From contig NC_043011.1 in NCBI RefSeq assembly GCF_006345805.1, forward strand, positions 51,348,464 to 51,412,463: DNA of 64,000 bases. Direction: 5' to 3'. Below, piece after piece: positions 1-11,630 of this stretch (positions are counted from its first letter, which is position 1; each line of letters opens with the position of its first letter). Origin of the DNA: Octopus sinensis. Taxonomy: Eukaryota. Made by a program: the position numbers and the translations under genes. The notes under the pieces were generated by a model. It did no database searches. It saw only the letters and a program-made list of their open reading frames with translations, and was not told where the DNA came from.

Positions 1-712
1 TGCTGTTGTTGTTGTTGTTGTTGCTGCTGCTGGTGTTGTTGCTAGCACTGACTCCCGTTGTGGTCGTCCCTGTTGATCCCAGTAAGGGCCCAGTGCTGCT
101 GCTGTTGTTGCTGCTGCTGTTACCACTGCTGCTGCTGCTGCTGCTGTTTCCTCGTAGAGTGCTGCTGCTGCTGATGTTGCTTGCTGCAACACTGTGCACC
201 AAGCTGCTACTGATGCCATTGCTTGTGATACTACTACTATTATTGTTATTGTTGTTGCTGTTGTTGTTGTTGTTACTGCTGCTGTTGCTGTTGTTGCTGC
301 CACCGCCACCACCACCGCTACCACCGCCACCACCACCACCACCACCACCACTGCTACCACCGCCACCGCCGCCGCCGCCACCACCAACGCTGCTGCTATT
401 GCTACTGTGACCTCCACTGCCGCCACTGCTGCCACCATTGCTACTGCTACTACTGCTGCTGCTGCTGCTTATGATGATGCTGTTATTGCTGCCATTTGTC
501 GAGCTGTTGCCCACACCATTGCTGCTGCAGTTGCTGCTGCTGCTGCTGCTAGCAGTGGCAGCAGCAACAACAGCAGCAGTACTGTGTGCCTGGTTCTGTT
601 GGTTGAGATGGTTGCAGCCTCCATTGGTGGTGGCATTGTTCACAGGTTGTTGGCCAGACAAGTTGGAGGTTGTCGAATTCACATGTGGGACAGAAACAGG
701 TGTTAACACTTG
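1..712 (-). CDS. POU6F2: POU class VI TF coding exon, low-complexity Ser/Gly/Asn-rich; runs off the window edge
   Basis: Acceptor ttctttctgtatttcAG at 714-713. The phase-0 frame is open for all 712 nt (QVLTPVSVPHVNSTTSNLSGQQPVNN...poly-S/poly-G/poly-N...GPLLGSTGTTTTGVSASNN) and matches the phase-0 end of exon 3454-3318. Confidence 0.8.
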
Positions 713-829
713 CTGAAATACAGAAAGAATTTGAGAAATAAGCAGAGGAATATGGTGAAAGTACAAGGAGTATAGAGACAAAACAACTGGTAAAGCAGTA
801 ATGTAAGAATATTGTACTAAATATTCAAG

Positions 830-960
830 TACCAAGGAACTCCATCTGGTTTGCCCAATGTAAGCTATGGGTGCATAAAAGGTGCAGAAGAAACATATGT
901 AGGCCAACAGAGAAGATAGACAGTCAATGTGACAGATGCACAAAAGTAGTTGACAGTAAG
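830..960 (+). mobile_element. Decayed RTE-type LINE fragment (Cys-rich segment)
   Basis: Translates to ..AQCKLWVHKRCRRNICRPTEKIDSQCDRCTK, resembling the C-x2-C-x-W-x-H-x2-C insert of mollusc RTE-like LINEs (from memory). Confidence 0.4.
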
Positions 961-1260
961 AAGCCTCAGTGAAAGAAATTGAGCGCTTGGAAGCCCCCGT
1001 AGAAGTAAAGCACAGTAGCCAAAATACAAATGGGGTAGAAGAAAATTTAGGGTGTTATAACCTCTGATGGTAACAAAGGTGTTCTCTTTTCAAGTGAAGA
1101 GTAGACTGTACAAAGTTTGTGTATGAAGTCAATGTTGGCAAGCAAAACTTAGGTATTGAATGAAGAGGATTATGAAGGCCATGTGCATGTGTGTCACCCT
1201 GTGTGCACACACATGCATGTGTGCATACACATATGTGTAAGCATATAGCTATGTGGTGTC

Positions 1261-1303
<43 letters not shown>

Positions 1304-1391
1304 CATCTTCAATGGTTCTATATTTAAGAGATGTTACATTATTTACATTAGTTACATTTGATGGATATTTGTCCTCATCTTGTTTGCTGCT

Positions 1392-1434
1392 AACACATTT
1401 CGGCTGATATACCCTCCAGCCTTCATTAGGTGTC
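1392..1434 (-). ncRNA. Degenerate type I hammerhead ribozyme in the PLE pseudo-LTR
   Basis: ACAC-CTAATGA-A-GGCTG-GAGGGTATAT-CAGCC-GAAAT-GTGTT: perfect 5-bp stem II and ACAC/GTGT stem I, but CUGAUGA>CUAAUGA, GAAAC>GAAAU and the cleavage triplet is disrupted. Confidence 0.7.
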
Positions 1435-1519
1435 TTGGGGAAATTTCAAATCTGGGTTCTCATTCCTGAGTTATTTTTCAATGTTGTTGTTGCTGTTGTT
1501 ATTGTTATTGTTATTGTTG

Positions 1520-1556
<37 letters not shown>

Positions 1557-1561
<5 letters not shown>

Positions 1562-1630
1562 TCACTGCCTGGAATCAAATTTGGAATCTTGGGGTTAGTA
1601 GCCCGCACACTTAACCACTATGCCATATGC
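1557..1630 (-). promoter_or_regulatory. tRNA-like head (Pol III A/B boxes) between the PLE stop codon and the HHR
   Basis: A box TGGCATAGTGG (1625-1615), B-box-like AATTTGATTCC (1581-1571), 33 nt apart, with anticodon-like loop GGG-CTACTAA-CCC. Confidence 0.6.
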
Positions 1631-2367
1631 TTGCGGGCAATTATGGAGTGAATTTTAGGGCTTGTAAATCTAATATTTTCTTATCCTTCCTTAATACTGG
1701 TTCCCATATTCTATTCATATCTGCATTCGGTCTGCTTAGGAGGTTGTTGTGTCCTAGCATATGTGCTGCTTCTTTTAGTTTTCGTATTTTCCAGTGGTGT
1801 TCTCTGTCTATTATTTTAACTTCATCCCACAAGGTGAGGTGGTCTCCATTTTTCCATACATGATCAGCTATACCTGATTTATTAATATCTCCTCGTGTCA
1901 CAGCTTTGCGATGTTCATCTACCCTTATTTTGAGGGGGGGGGGCGACATGTTTCGCCTTTGTATAACCTACCACAGCTGCATGGGATGGAGTACACATAG
2001 TTTTTGGTCATATTCTCTTCTATAGGTGGTTTTACCCAAAGGAGATATTTGCAAAGTGTATTACTCTTGAATACTGTCCTGATGTCATATAGGCTGCATT
2101 ATCTTTTGTATCTTTTTGGAGAAGCCTTTCACATAGGTTAGACAGACTGTAGACAGTTTATTGGTTTCATCCTCTCTTTTCTTCATAATTGGAATAGATA
2201 GTATGTTTTTGGGGTAGTTGTTTCTTAATAGATTGTTACTGAGCTCGATCATTTCTTTGTGGTGGGTATCACGATTGCTACTTATATTCTTTGCTCGACG
2301 TTTTAGGCACTGGGCAATATGTTTTAGGCAATACGGTTTAGAGAGGTATTGCTCAGTGCCTAAAACT

Positions 2368-2508
2368 TCTGTTTACCAAATCCACTCACAAGGCTTTGGT
2401 TGGGGCTATAATAGAAGACACTTGCCCGTGGTGCCAAGTGATGGGACTGAACTGAAGACCATATGACTGGAAAGCAAACATCTTAACCACACAGCCACAC
2501 CTGCACCT
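2368..2508 (-). mobile_element. tRNA-derived SINE family A, 5' fragment
   Basis: Reverse complement of the family-A head and the ccaaatccactcacaaggctttgg segment; bounds the PLE fragment. Confidence 0.75.
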
Positions 2509-2800
2509 TATACACGTACTTTTAGACACATGCATTTTTATATTTAGCCAACAATGTATTTAAAAGATATGTCCATTGACACACACAAAAGAATCATTAA
2601 CCTGACCATTCTGTTCTGTTTCATTGTCACAGCAAGAAGACTACAAAATTGTTAAGAAGTTTACTTTTGGCAAATCACTCAAGAGTATGGTGTTTATAAA
2701 TCTCTACCAAGAGTATTTGACTTTGAATAACTACACAAAGACAAAGTCATCAGTAGTTTATCAACATCATATTGGATTATATAATATGCATTATAATATA

Positions 2801-3194
2801 CTCTTTTACTCTTTTACTCTTTTACTTGTCATTTGACTGCAGCCATGCTGGAGCACCGCCTTTAGTCGAGCAACTCGACCCCGGGACTTATTCTTTGTAA
2901 GCCTAGTACTTATTCTATTGGTCTCTTTTGCCGACCCGCTAAGTGGCAGGGACATAAACACACTAGCATTGGTTGTCAAGCGATGTTGGATGGGACAAAC
3001 ACAGACACACATATATATATATATATATATACGACGGGCTTCTTACAGTTTCCGTCAACCAAATCCACTCACAAGGATTTGGTCGGCCCGAGACTCTAGT
3101 AGAAGACACGCGCCCAAGGTGCCACGCAGTGGGACTGAACCCGGAACCATGTGGCTGGTTAGCAAGCTACTTACCACACAGCCACTCCTGCACC
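2801..3194 (-). mobile_element. tRNA-derived SINE family A, near full length
   Basis: Head ggagtggctgtgtggtaagtagc..ggttccgggttcagtcccactgcgtggc, internal TA/CA tract, tail gaaacaagtaaaagagtaaaagag; many similar copies in the window. Confidence 0.9.
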
Positions 3195-3317
3195 TATAAT
3201 ATAATATAATATAACATAATATATAATACTATCTGTCCTAACACACATAATATGTAATATTCTGTATTATGGTATGTTTCAAGCTGGTTTCTGGAAGAGC
3301 TTAAAGTATATGCTTAC

Positions 3318-3454
3318 CTGTGGGCCGACTGCCAAAATTTGACCTTGAGCATTGGTGAGCAGTTGAGGTAATGAAGAAACTTGATTGGCCAACAACTGGT
3401 TGGTTGTTTGCTGATTGCTAGTGGTACCGTTTGATGTGTGTGAATTGATGGAGC
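3318..3454 (-). CDS. POU6F2: POU class VI TF coding exon (137 nt, phase 1 to 0)
   Basis: ctctcaaatacCAG| ... CCACAG|GTAAGC. Encodes (G)SINSHTSNGTTSNQQTTNQLLANQVSSLPQLLTNAQGQILAVGPQ; PQLLTNAQGQI matches the motif I recall from vertebrate POU6F2. Confidence 0.9.
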
Positions 3455-4479
3455 CTGGTATTTGAGAGACAGTGGAAGACTATTTATATTTCATCAAATG
3501 TTACTGGAAGCAAAATATGGTTAGCAAACAACAACATGAAGGACAGGATGAATACTGTAATGAACTGTGACCCTTTTGTTATCATATTTACATTGAAATA
3601 CACTACTTTTTCATTTTGTTTGTTTAATTTTGAAAACATTGAAGAAGTCAGTAAAATAACTTTGTTATTATTAAGCTGAAGTTTGGAAAATAAAATAACA
3701 TGAAAGATGCAAAGTTCTAAATTAGAATTTGTCTTCTATCTTTTTTAGGGTTGATAAAATAAAATACCAGCTAAATACTGGGGTGGATGTTATTGACTAA
3801 CTATCTCCCCTCAAACTGCTGACTATGTGTCAAAATTAGAGATATTATTAAAACAACCTTTTGACTGATCAACATGTAGTTAATAATCAATACACCCCCA
3901 ATATCTTGCCTACAAAAGTAATGTCTCCTCACTTTGCCTTGTCAACAACCACCTCCTCCCCCTCCCCCTCCCCTTCCTCCCCTTCCTCCCCCTCCTCCTC
4001 CTCCTCCTCCTACTACTACTACTACTACTGTGACCTTTATTCCTTGAAGCTGGCTCATCACATGCCACTGCCGCCACCACCACCACCTAGAACCACCCAA
4101 ATTACTCATTTCTCCTCTTCTCGTCATCCATACTTACCCCTTCCGCCCATGCCACACACTAACAAGTTTCCCAGTCCTTCCACCCACCAGAATACCAATC
4201 CTCTGGAATTCCCTCCTTATACAAGTCTCTGCTGCAGCCATCAATTGCAATTATTCACAAAGAACATCAAGAAACATCATCCATCTAGATTTCACTAGTG
4301 GCACAAGGTCCACAAAATCCAAGAATAGAGATCCTTCCTTCACACAAAAAAAGATTAAAAAAAACCCCAACCCAACAGAACACTAAAAAAAAAAAAAGAA
4401 TCCCCACCATGTGCCCTGCATCTAAATTTGTAGTCTTGTGTCTATGAGAGCACAAAATCGTTATTGGCAAAATCGTTAT

Positions 4480-4640
4480 TAGAGTGTTGGACAAAATGCC
4501 TTCTGGAATTTAGTATCAGCTCTTTACATTCACAGCCCAACCCTGGCAAAGGACAACTTTGCCTTTCATCCCTTTAGGGTCGGTAAAATAAAGTTCCAGT
4601 TAGCTCAGTTTACTTCCAAAATTTCTGGACTTCTGCTCAT
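4480..4640 (+). mobile_element. SINE family B (Nin/Deu-like domain), degenerate
   Basis: Contains actttgcctttcatccctttagggtcggtaaaataaag. Confidence 0.65.
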
Positions 4641-5308
4641 ATTACACACACTCATGATGATGATGACGATGACGATGATGATGATGATGATGATGATGCC
4701 TTAACCTCCCATCTCCATCTCTTAACATAAAGTCACCTCCCATCTAATGTAACCCCAACCAATCAAAAGAGGACCTCAGTCTTGCAAGCTTCATGGTGAC
4801 CTCACTAGTGCTGGTGCCACAAAAAAAGTACCACCCAGTTAGCTCTTGTTAGCAGTTCATGGTAGGAAGTGATAAAAATCATGCCAAAGTGGACACTAGA
4901 ACATATGCAGTTCTCAAACCCATTGGACCGTGTCAAACTGTCCAATGTATGCTAGCATGGAAGATGTATATTAAAAGGTGATAATGATGATGATAATGAT
5001 GACTAATATGAGCCAATGCAAGGGCTTCTAAATGGCTGCTCAATCCAGCATTGCAGTCATAGACATTCAAAATGAAGGGATGTTCACAGCTGGAATGTCT
5101 CTGATTGAATGTCAGCTTTCTCAAAGCTGACCTGGGTTTAGCAACAGTAACAACATCCATCAGCCATCGTTGTCATTATCATCATAATCGACCCTACTCC
5201 TCCTCCTCCTACTACTACTAAAGGAAAGAAGGAGAAAGATATATAGCGAGAGAAAGGAAGAGGGAGAAAGAGAAGTGGAGAAAGAATGAGAGAGAGCAAC
5301 ATACTGAC

Positions 5309-5506
5309 CTGCAGCAGCATTTGTGTTGGCGGCGGCAGCAGCAGCAGCAGCAGCGGCAGTCATATTGAGAGGTTGTGCCAAACCCTGAAGACTGGAGAGG
5401 TTGGTAGCAATAATTTGTCCATTGGACGTTGTCAGCAACTGTATCTGCTGGTTGCCTCCGGTTGCTAGCGACACTGGTATACTGATAAACTGTTGTGTAC
5501 CATTAC
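5309..5506 (-). CDS. POU6F2: POU class VI TF coding exon (198 nt, phase 1 to 1)
   Basis: tttctcattaCAG| ... GCTGCAG|GTCAGT. Encodes (G)NGTQQFISIPVSLATGGNQQIQLLTTSNGQIIATNLSSLQGLAQPLNMT-polyA-NTNAAA. Confidence 0.9.
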
Positions 5507-5714
5507 CTGTAATGAGAAATTACATGGAGAATATCAGGTGAGTTGAGATATTGTCTTTCTTAATGTTTTATGAAGGACCATCTCACTGCAGATGTTTTAA
5601 AAGATCCCTAGTTTACATTGTTTTAGGATCAATGGTTCCTAGTCCATCACATAGTTTTCTCACTAACACTGGACTGGTTGTCTTGGTTTTAAGTTTGCTA
5701 TCCAACTAGATGAG

Positions 5715-6160
5715 AGTTGGTAGAGTCCATTTAGCTAACAGAAGGTTCAGTGGAGAAGTAGAGACCACCTGCTTAGCTGGCAGCAGGTACACCAGAATGG
5801 TACAATCCATTTGGCTAACAGTATGTACAGTGGAAAGGTAGAAATCACTTTGCTAGTAGTAACTACAATGGAAAGATAGAGTCCACCTAGCTGCCTAACA
5901 GTAGGTACTTTGGAAAGGTACAGTCTGTTTATCTAGCAATAGATACAATGGAGAGGTAGAGACTTGTTAGCTAGCTAATAGTATATACTATACAGGTACA
6001 GTCCACCTCTCTAGCAGAAGGGATAACAGAGATACAGTCTATATAGCTAGTAGTGGGCACAGATACAATGGAACGGTATGATCTTATAGTAGGTGAGTAG
6101 GAGTACAATGAAGGCTACAATCTATCTAGCTGTAAACTGATACCATGAAGAAGTACATGT
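5715..6160. repeat. Ancient degenerate minisatellite, ~40-bp unit
   Basis: About 10-12 diverged copies of tacaatggaaaggtagagtccacctagctagcag. Confidence 0.65.
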
Positions 6161-6545
6161 AACAGAGGTGAAAGTTGTAAAATGTGAAAGAAAATGTCAG
6201 CTCCATGATCCACTGGTTTGCAGAGGAACCAATTGAAGATTGTGATTTTATGTGGCTCTCCTATAGCAAATCAGCTTGGTAGAGTGTAGCTTTCTTCAAG
6301 CTATGAGTACGACAAAATTTGAATTCATAATTCAATAATGCAGTTAAACAGCGCATCTGCTGTTTCCTCATTCAATGACAATTGCAAGATAGAACTGAAC
6401 ATGTGTTTTGTATACAAATTGTTCTCACATCTTTCACTGAGATAATAGAGGGTCAAAGGAAACATTTGTTTATTTATCTATTTACTATCTTTCTTTGTAC
6501 AGTCAACATCTTTTTCCTTTCTCTCTTTTCTGTTTATATATATAT

Positions 6546-6611
6546 ACAAAGTAAATAAATGGCACAACGAAGTACCGATATTTACTTCGTTGTGCCATTT
6601 ATTTACTTTGT
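6546..6611. repeat. Perfect 29-bp inverted repeat with 8-nt loop
   Basis: acaaagtaaataaatggcacaacgaagta-ccgatatt-tacttcgttgtgccatttatttactttgt. Confidence 0.95.
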
Positions 6612-6668
6612 GTATTTTTCCCTCACGGGCTATTCTTTACTGGAAAGCAATACTCTAGTATTGCATTA

Positions 6669-6708
<40 letters not shown>

Positions 6709-7440
6709 ACAGGAATGCTCTGGAAGATAGCCAAGGTTAAGAACTTTGCTATGGAGTTCTTGAATTTTATTTAGTTCAATGCTGAAGAATTTGAAATTTT
6801 GGAACTTTCTCTTTGTCTGAGAGATAGAATCATGGTTTTCAAAAATTTTTTTTTCTCTTTTCAAGTTTCCATCTTCTCAATACATTTTTAAAAAAATGGT
6901 TTTAGTTTTTCTTTTCACCCATTTGTCTAAAATGTACAGTTTTCTGTGCTAGGAATTCAATATGGGAATTTATATTTCTAGACATTTACGTAATATCTTT
7001 GACAAATATGGAAACTTCTACATAGTTGCCAGACATACTGGAAATAGCAGTCAAATCTTCCTTAAATTACACTCTATTTGTTAAAAAAAACAAAAAAAAG
7101 AGACATTAAATTATGGATGGCTGAGTAAATATGTTTAATTTTATTGGTTATTGTTGTTGTTTAGATCACTGATTGGTCCTGAAGCAGTGGAGCAGTGGTC
7201 AAAGGTATTTCAGCCAAGATCATCTTATTTATTTCTCAGAAATAGTATACCCTTCACAGCATTGTGCAATGTCTCCTTTTTTACAACAGCAAATAGTAGT
7301 TTGGGGTATGTGTGACTTCTATTTCTAATACATAAAATAACCACACTAGGGGTCTCATCTATGCTAGGGACAATTAACTGAAACCTCAAGTTTTCATCAA
7401 GCATGTTATAAAGAAATTTTGACGGAGGAGGTTTTGATGG

Positions 7441-7828
7441 AGGAGTGGCTGTGTGATAAGTAGCTTGCTTACCAGCCACATGGTTCCAGGTTCAGTCCCG
7501 CTGCGTGGCACCTTGGGCAAGTGTCTTCTACTATAGCCTTGGGCCGACCAAAGCCTTGTGAGTGGATTTGGTAGACGGAAACTGAAAGAAGCCCATTGTA
7601 TATATGTATGTGTGTGTGTATATGTTTGTTTGTCTGTGTTTGTCCCCCCAATGTCACTTGACAACCAATGCTGGTGTGTCTATGTCCCCTGTAACTTAGC
7701 AGTTTGGCAAAAGAGACCGATAGAATAAGTACTAGGCTTACAAAAAATAAGTCCTGGGGTCGATTTGCTCGACTAAAAGGCAATGCTCCAGCATGGCCAC
7801 AGTCAAATGACTAAAACAAATAAAAGAG
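7441..7828 (+). mobile_element. SINE family A, full length
   Basis: Same head, body and tail as 2801-3194, opposite orientation. Confidence 0.9.
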
Positions 7829-8204
7829 TATGAATACAATGGCACTTTGCAACCGCAAATGGGTTAAAACTGTGCTGAGTATGGGGCAGCTGTACTTCTA
7901 AGGATCCACAAGGTGAAGTTTAGTCAAATGAGACATCTTCCTCACACAGATTTAAAGGACAAATCAGCCATGCTTGACTGGCATCTGACAACATCAACAT
8001 AGATCTCTAATGCCCCGGTTCAGCTGACTTTTTGCAAATGATAATCAGTTGTTTCTGGTGGTATTTACTTGTTTTAATTAATTATCACATACAAATACGA
8101 CAACTACTACTAGTACTCTGTCAGCTAATGAGGAAGTAAACCTTTATGAAGTGACTTAAAATAGTAGAAATAACAACTAAATCTCCTTCAGTTCACACCT
8201 TACT

Positions 8205-8440
8205 GTGAAATTAAATTTTATGGTTACTCCAGTAATGGTATTAAATATCAACCAAAAAATAGACCTGGTATTTTCTGCCAATCACCTTGCCTCAATAAAT
8301 TTGATATATCTCAATGAAAAATAGTTTCAAACATGGCATTCGTAAACAAAAGGTAGATTGGTATATAAAACTGCTTTCCACAGGTAAGGGAAAATGAAAT
8401 TTTGAGTGGACATATGTGATTTCTGCAGTAAAAGGGTTAA
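8205..8440 (+). mobile_element. piggyBac-like MITE, right part
   Basis: Ends AAAGGG|TTAA (8431-8440); body homologous to 28450-28660. Confidence 0.65.
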
Positions 8441-8795
8441 AAAGGCAAAGGACAGATACATTGAACAAAGTAATTTAGTCCTCAGTATACAACAGAATGG
8501 TCATGGCTGGAATGTCCAAGATCTCAGGTCTGCTTGGGCAGTATTCAACTTCAGGCTAAATGATTTCATTACTCTCTTTATCAACACTGCTATACTACTG
8601 CAGTGGCTACCACCACTAATTCTGTAATGACCACCACCACCATCACCTCCACCACTAACACTACTTCCACCAATGCTTTTACTTTTCTAATCTTGTCAGC
8701 TTGACCCAGTCTCTCATTTCTAATTCACAAAGCTAAGCCATGATTATCCTATTTTGGGAGAGACAAAGATAGATACATCCCAAGATATCAGTAAA

Positions 8796-8833
<38 letters not shown>

Positions 8834-8859
8834 ATGGTTGTGTGGCATAGTTGTAGGCA

Positions 8860-9230
8860 TGGCTGTGTGGTAAGATGTTTGCTTCCCAACTACATGGTTC
8901 CAGGTTCAGTCCCATTGCATAGCACCTTGGGCAAGTGTCTTCTATTATAAACCCAGGCAGACCAACACCTTGTGAGTGGATTTGGTCGATGGAAACTGGA
9001 AGAAGCCTATCGTACATATATGTGCATGTGTTTTTTTTTTTTTTGTCCCTCACCACAGCATGTTGTTTGCTTACATATCTATAACTTAGCAATTTAGCAA
9101 AAGAGACCAGTAGAAGAAGTACCAGGTTTGAAAAAAAAGGAAAAAGTAATTGGGGTTGATTTGTTTGACTAAAACCCTTCAAGGTGACGCCACAGCATGT
9201 CTGCAGTCCAATGATGGAAACAATAAAACA
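8860..9230 (+). mobile_element. SINE family A, diverged
   Basis: Head ggcatggctgtgtggtaagatgtttgcttccc through tail gaaacaataaaa. Confidence 0.8.
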
Positions 9231-9253
9231 TTAAAAAATGTATACACATAACA

Positions 9254-9296
<43 letters not shown>

Positions 9297-9872
9297 ACAC
9301 ACACACACACGAGTGGGTATGTGCATGTGTATTATAAAAATATATATTACATAGGATACTCTTTACTGTCTTTTACTTGTTTCAGTCATTTGACTGTGGC
9401 CATGCTGGGTTACATATGCAACCACTGCCACAATCATTATTTTATTTCCACTTTTCCTTGCAAGCATGGGTCAGGCGAAACTTGATGAGGCATGTTTTTC
9501 TAAAACCAGATCCATATATATGTATCCATATATGGTTACATATATGGATATTGGAAGAAAACACTACATAATATGACATCAAGTGGAGGCTACTAGAAAA
9601 GTGTTGACTTTCTCTCAAGAACAGTAGGAGGTACAAATTCTGTTTAGCTGAGAAAAGTATCATAGTGAAGAACCCCTTCCCTTCAGAGGCATGTGAGAAC
9701 TTTAAAAGTGAAGTCTTTTCCACATGCCCTTATGAGCTTAAATATATATTAGCTGGTTTGTCAGGGACACTCTGAGTATAACAGTCAGCTTTTCACCTTG
9801 AGAATGCCCCTCACTATAAACGAAGGTTTAATATTCATGCCACCACACCCAGCATTTGTATGTACAAACTTC

Positions 9873-10130
9873 CATAGACCCGGGAACAGGGGGTGCAAGT
9901 GCAACCCCTAGAATTTTTGTGGGGTGCAAAATCAAAATTTGCACCCCGACTTACTTTTCTCAGGTTTAGAAAACAGTGAATAAAAAGTGATCTGTAAAAA
10001 GTAGCTAAGGTAAGGTTTTTTCTCAAAGAACAAAAATAAATTAAAAAGAAAACCAATAAGATCTTGTTTGTAAAAAATCTTTTGGTCCATGGTTTGCACC
10101 CCCTGAGCAAATTTCGTCCCTGAGCCAGTG
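9873..10130. mobile_element. Probable non-autonomous DNA transposon (hAT-like MITE) relic
   Basis: Subterminal inverted GGGGTGCAA / TTGCACCCC motifs and degenerate terminal repeats; no clean TSD found. Confidence 0.4.
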
Positions 10131-10612
10131 TACATAACAACATGTGTTTAAAATTAACCCTCGCTGTGGCTTTCCCATTCTGCTCTGCCACCTCTTCTCA
10201 TACCTCAACCCCCAGCTCACTTTACAACACCTCAACACCCTACAATCAAATACTACATAAAGCTGTGGTGGACTTGTTGCCACTTGAATTCTAGCATACA
10301 AATCGTCAGCTAAAAAGAAACCAATCCAAGGGACATAACTCCGATGGGCTTAAGAGTCAACCTTGTTCTTTTTAGTTATTGTCTGTTGGACTATATCCTA
10401 TGGCTGTATTGTTTCATCTATGAATTTTTTTTTCAATTTTATGACAACTCTAAGACCTATAGACTGGATGTGGCATTTTCAGACCTCCAGTAGCAAAGGG
10501 TCCAATGATTGCTGAATTTGCCTCTCCATTTTGGCATGAAACCATTTGGTAACATCATAAATTGGCTGTCATGAAACTATATTTTATTTTATATATAGCT
10601 GTGTGAGTGTGT

Positions 10613-10667
<55 letters not shown>

Positions 10668-11009
10668 GTATGTATGTATATACATATATATACATACATA
10701 CACACATATATATATACATACATATATATATATATTATATATATATATATATACATACATATATATATATATTTTGATTACAATATATATATATATAGAT
10801 TACAATATTAATGACTTGTACTAGCATTGTGTATATTAATTAATTTTAAAGTATTGAATAATTTAAGTATTGCTTTTAGTGTTCACTTAATGTATATTTA
10901 GTATCTTTTTTAAGTGATAATTTTATTTTCATTGATTTATACTAAGAAAATTTTTTTAAATTCATTTTATTTTATAAATATATACGTGCATGTGTGTGTG
11001 TTCAATATA

Positions 11010-11050
<41 letters not shown>

Positions 11051-11539
11051 CATATATCATAGTCAAATATACCATATACACAGCACATATGTTTTATATA
11101 TATATATGTTTAAGTTTGTTTGTTTGTAATTTTTGAAATTAGCTATTTCATCTTTAAATATGAAAAATTAATTTATTAGGTATTTATTATATGTGCATAT
11201 ATATTTATTTATAGAGATTATTTTAGATCTTAATTATAATATTTATATACATTTATCTATTTTCATTGATAATTTATATATAATAGTTATTTATTTATTT
11301 ATTTTTTTTAAAGTATTTATGTAATTAGATATAGACTATTACCGATATTAAATTATTGGTGGGTTTCCTACCTTATAAATTTAATATTTAACATTATAAT
11401 TGATTTTGATATAATCATAATTGTTAAGTTTTAAGTTTCTAGTTTGATAATATAGTTTATTATAAGTAAAATTATTATATTATTTATATCTTAAAAATAT
11501 TGTTTAAATATTTCTGATTATTTTAAAATATTTCAATTA

Positions 11540-11630
11540 ACCTGAAGATTGACTGTAACCATAACTCGAATTATTAATTGAATTTAAATTATTGTTATTC
11601 GAATTGGTACAGCCATGAAACGATCGTAGT
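11540..11630 (+). ncRNA. Type I hammerhead ribozyme motif, intact core, GUA triplet
   Basis: CTGAAGA (11542-48), stem II ttgactgtaacca/tggtacagccat (extended, imperfect), GAAAC (11617-21), palindromic GATC loop, GTA (11626-28); stem I weak. Confidence 0.7.

Larger units (their letters stand above)
1334..2367 (-). mobile_element. Penelope-like element 3' fragment: RT thumb region + GIY-YIG endonuclease (frameshifted) + pseudo-LTR
   Basis: Minus-strand translation IAQCLKRRAKNISS..NNLLRNNYPKNIL..NYVYSIPCSCGRLYKGETCR..LKIRVDEHRK..SGIADHVWKNGDH..IIDREHHWKIRKLKEAAH carries the VY-x-IPC-x-C-x2-Y-x-GET, R-x2-EH and HW-x2-R-x2-KEA motifs of PLE GIY-YIG; followed by an HHR-bearing terminal segment. 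Confidence 0.9.

Noticed and set aside
6-716. Plus-strand ORFs (poly-Leu/Pro/Thr)
   Set aside because: Antisense shadows of the real minus-strand low-complexity exon.
6630-6672. GCAATAC-TCTA-GTATTGC hairpin followed by CTAA (Helitron end or HHR stem II?)
   Set aside because: Spacing is atypical for a Helitron 3' end, no 5' TC end was identified, and flanks do not match the HHR core.
10330-10590. Possible LINE fragment (..GPFATGGLKMPHP..) and a GAAACC-ATTT-GGTA motif
   Set aside because: Too short and degraded to assign; no CUGANGA or stem II partner for the HHR-like piece.
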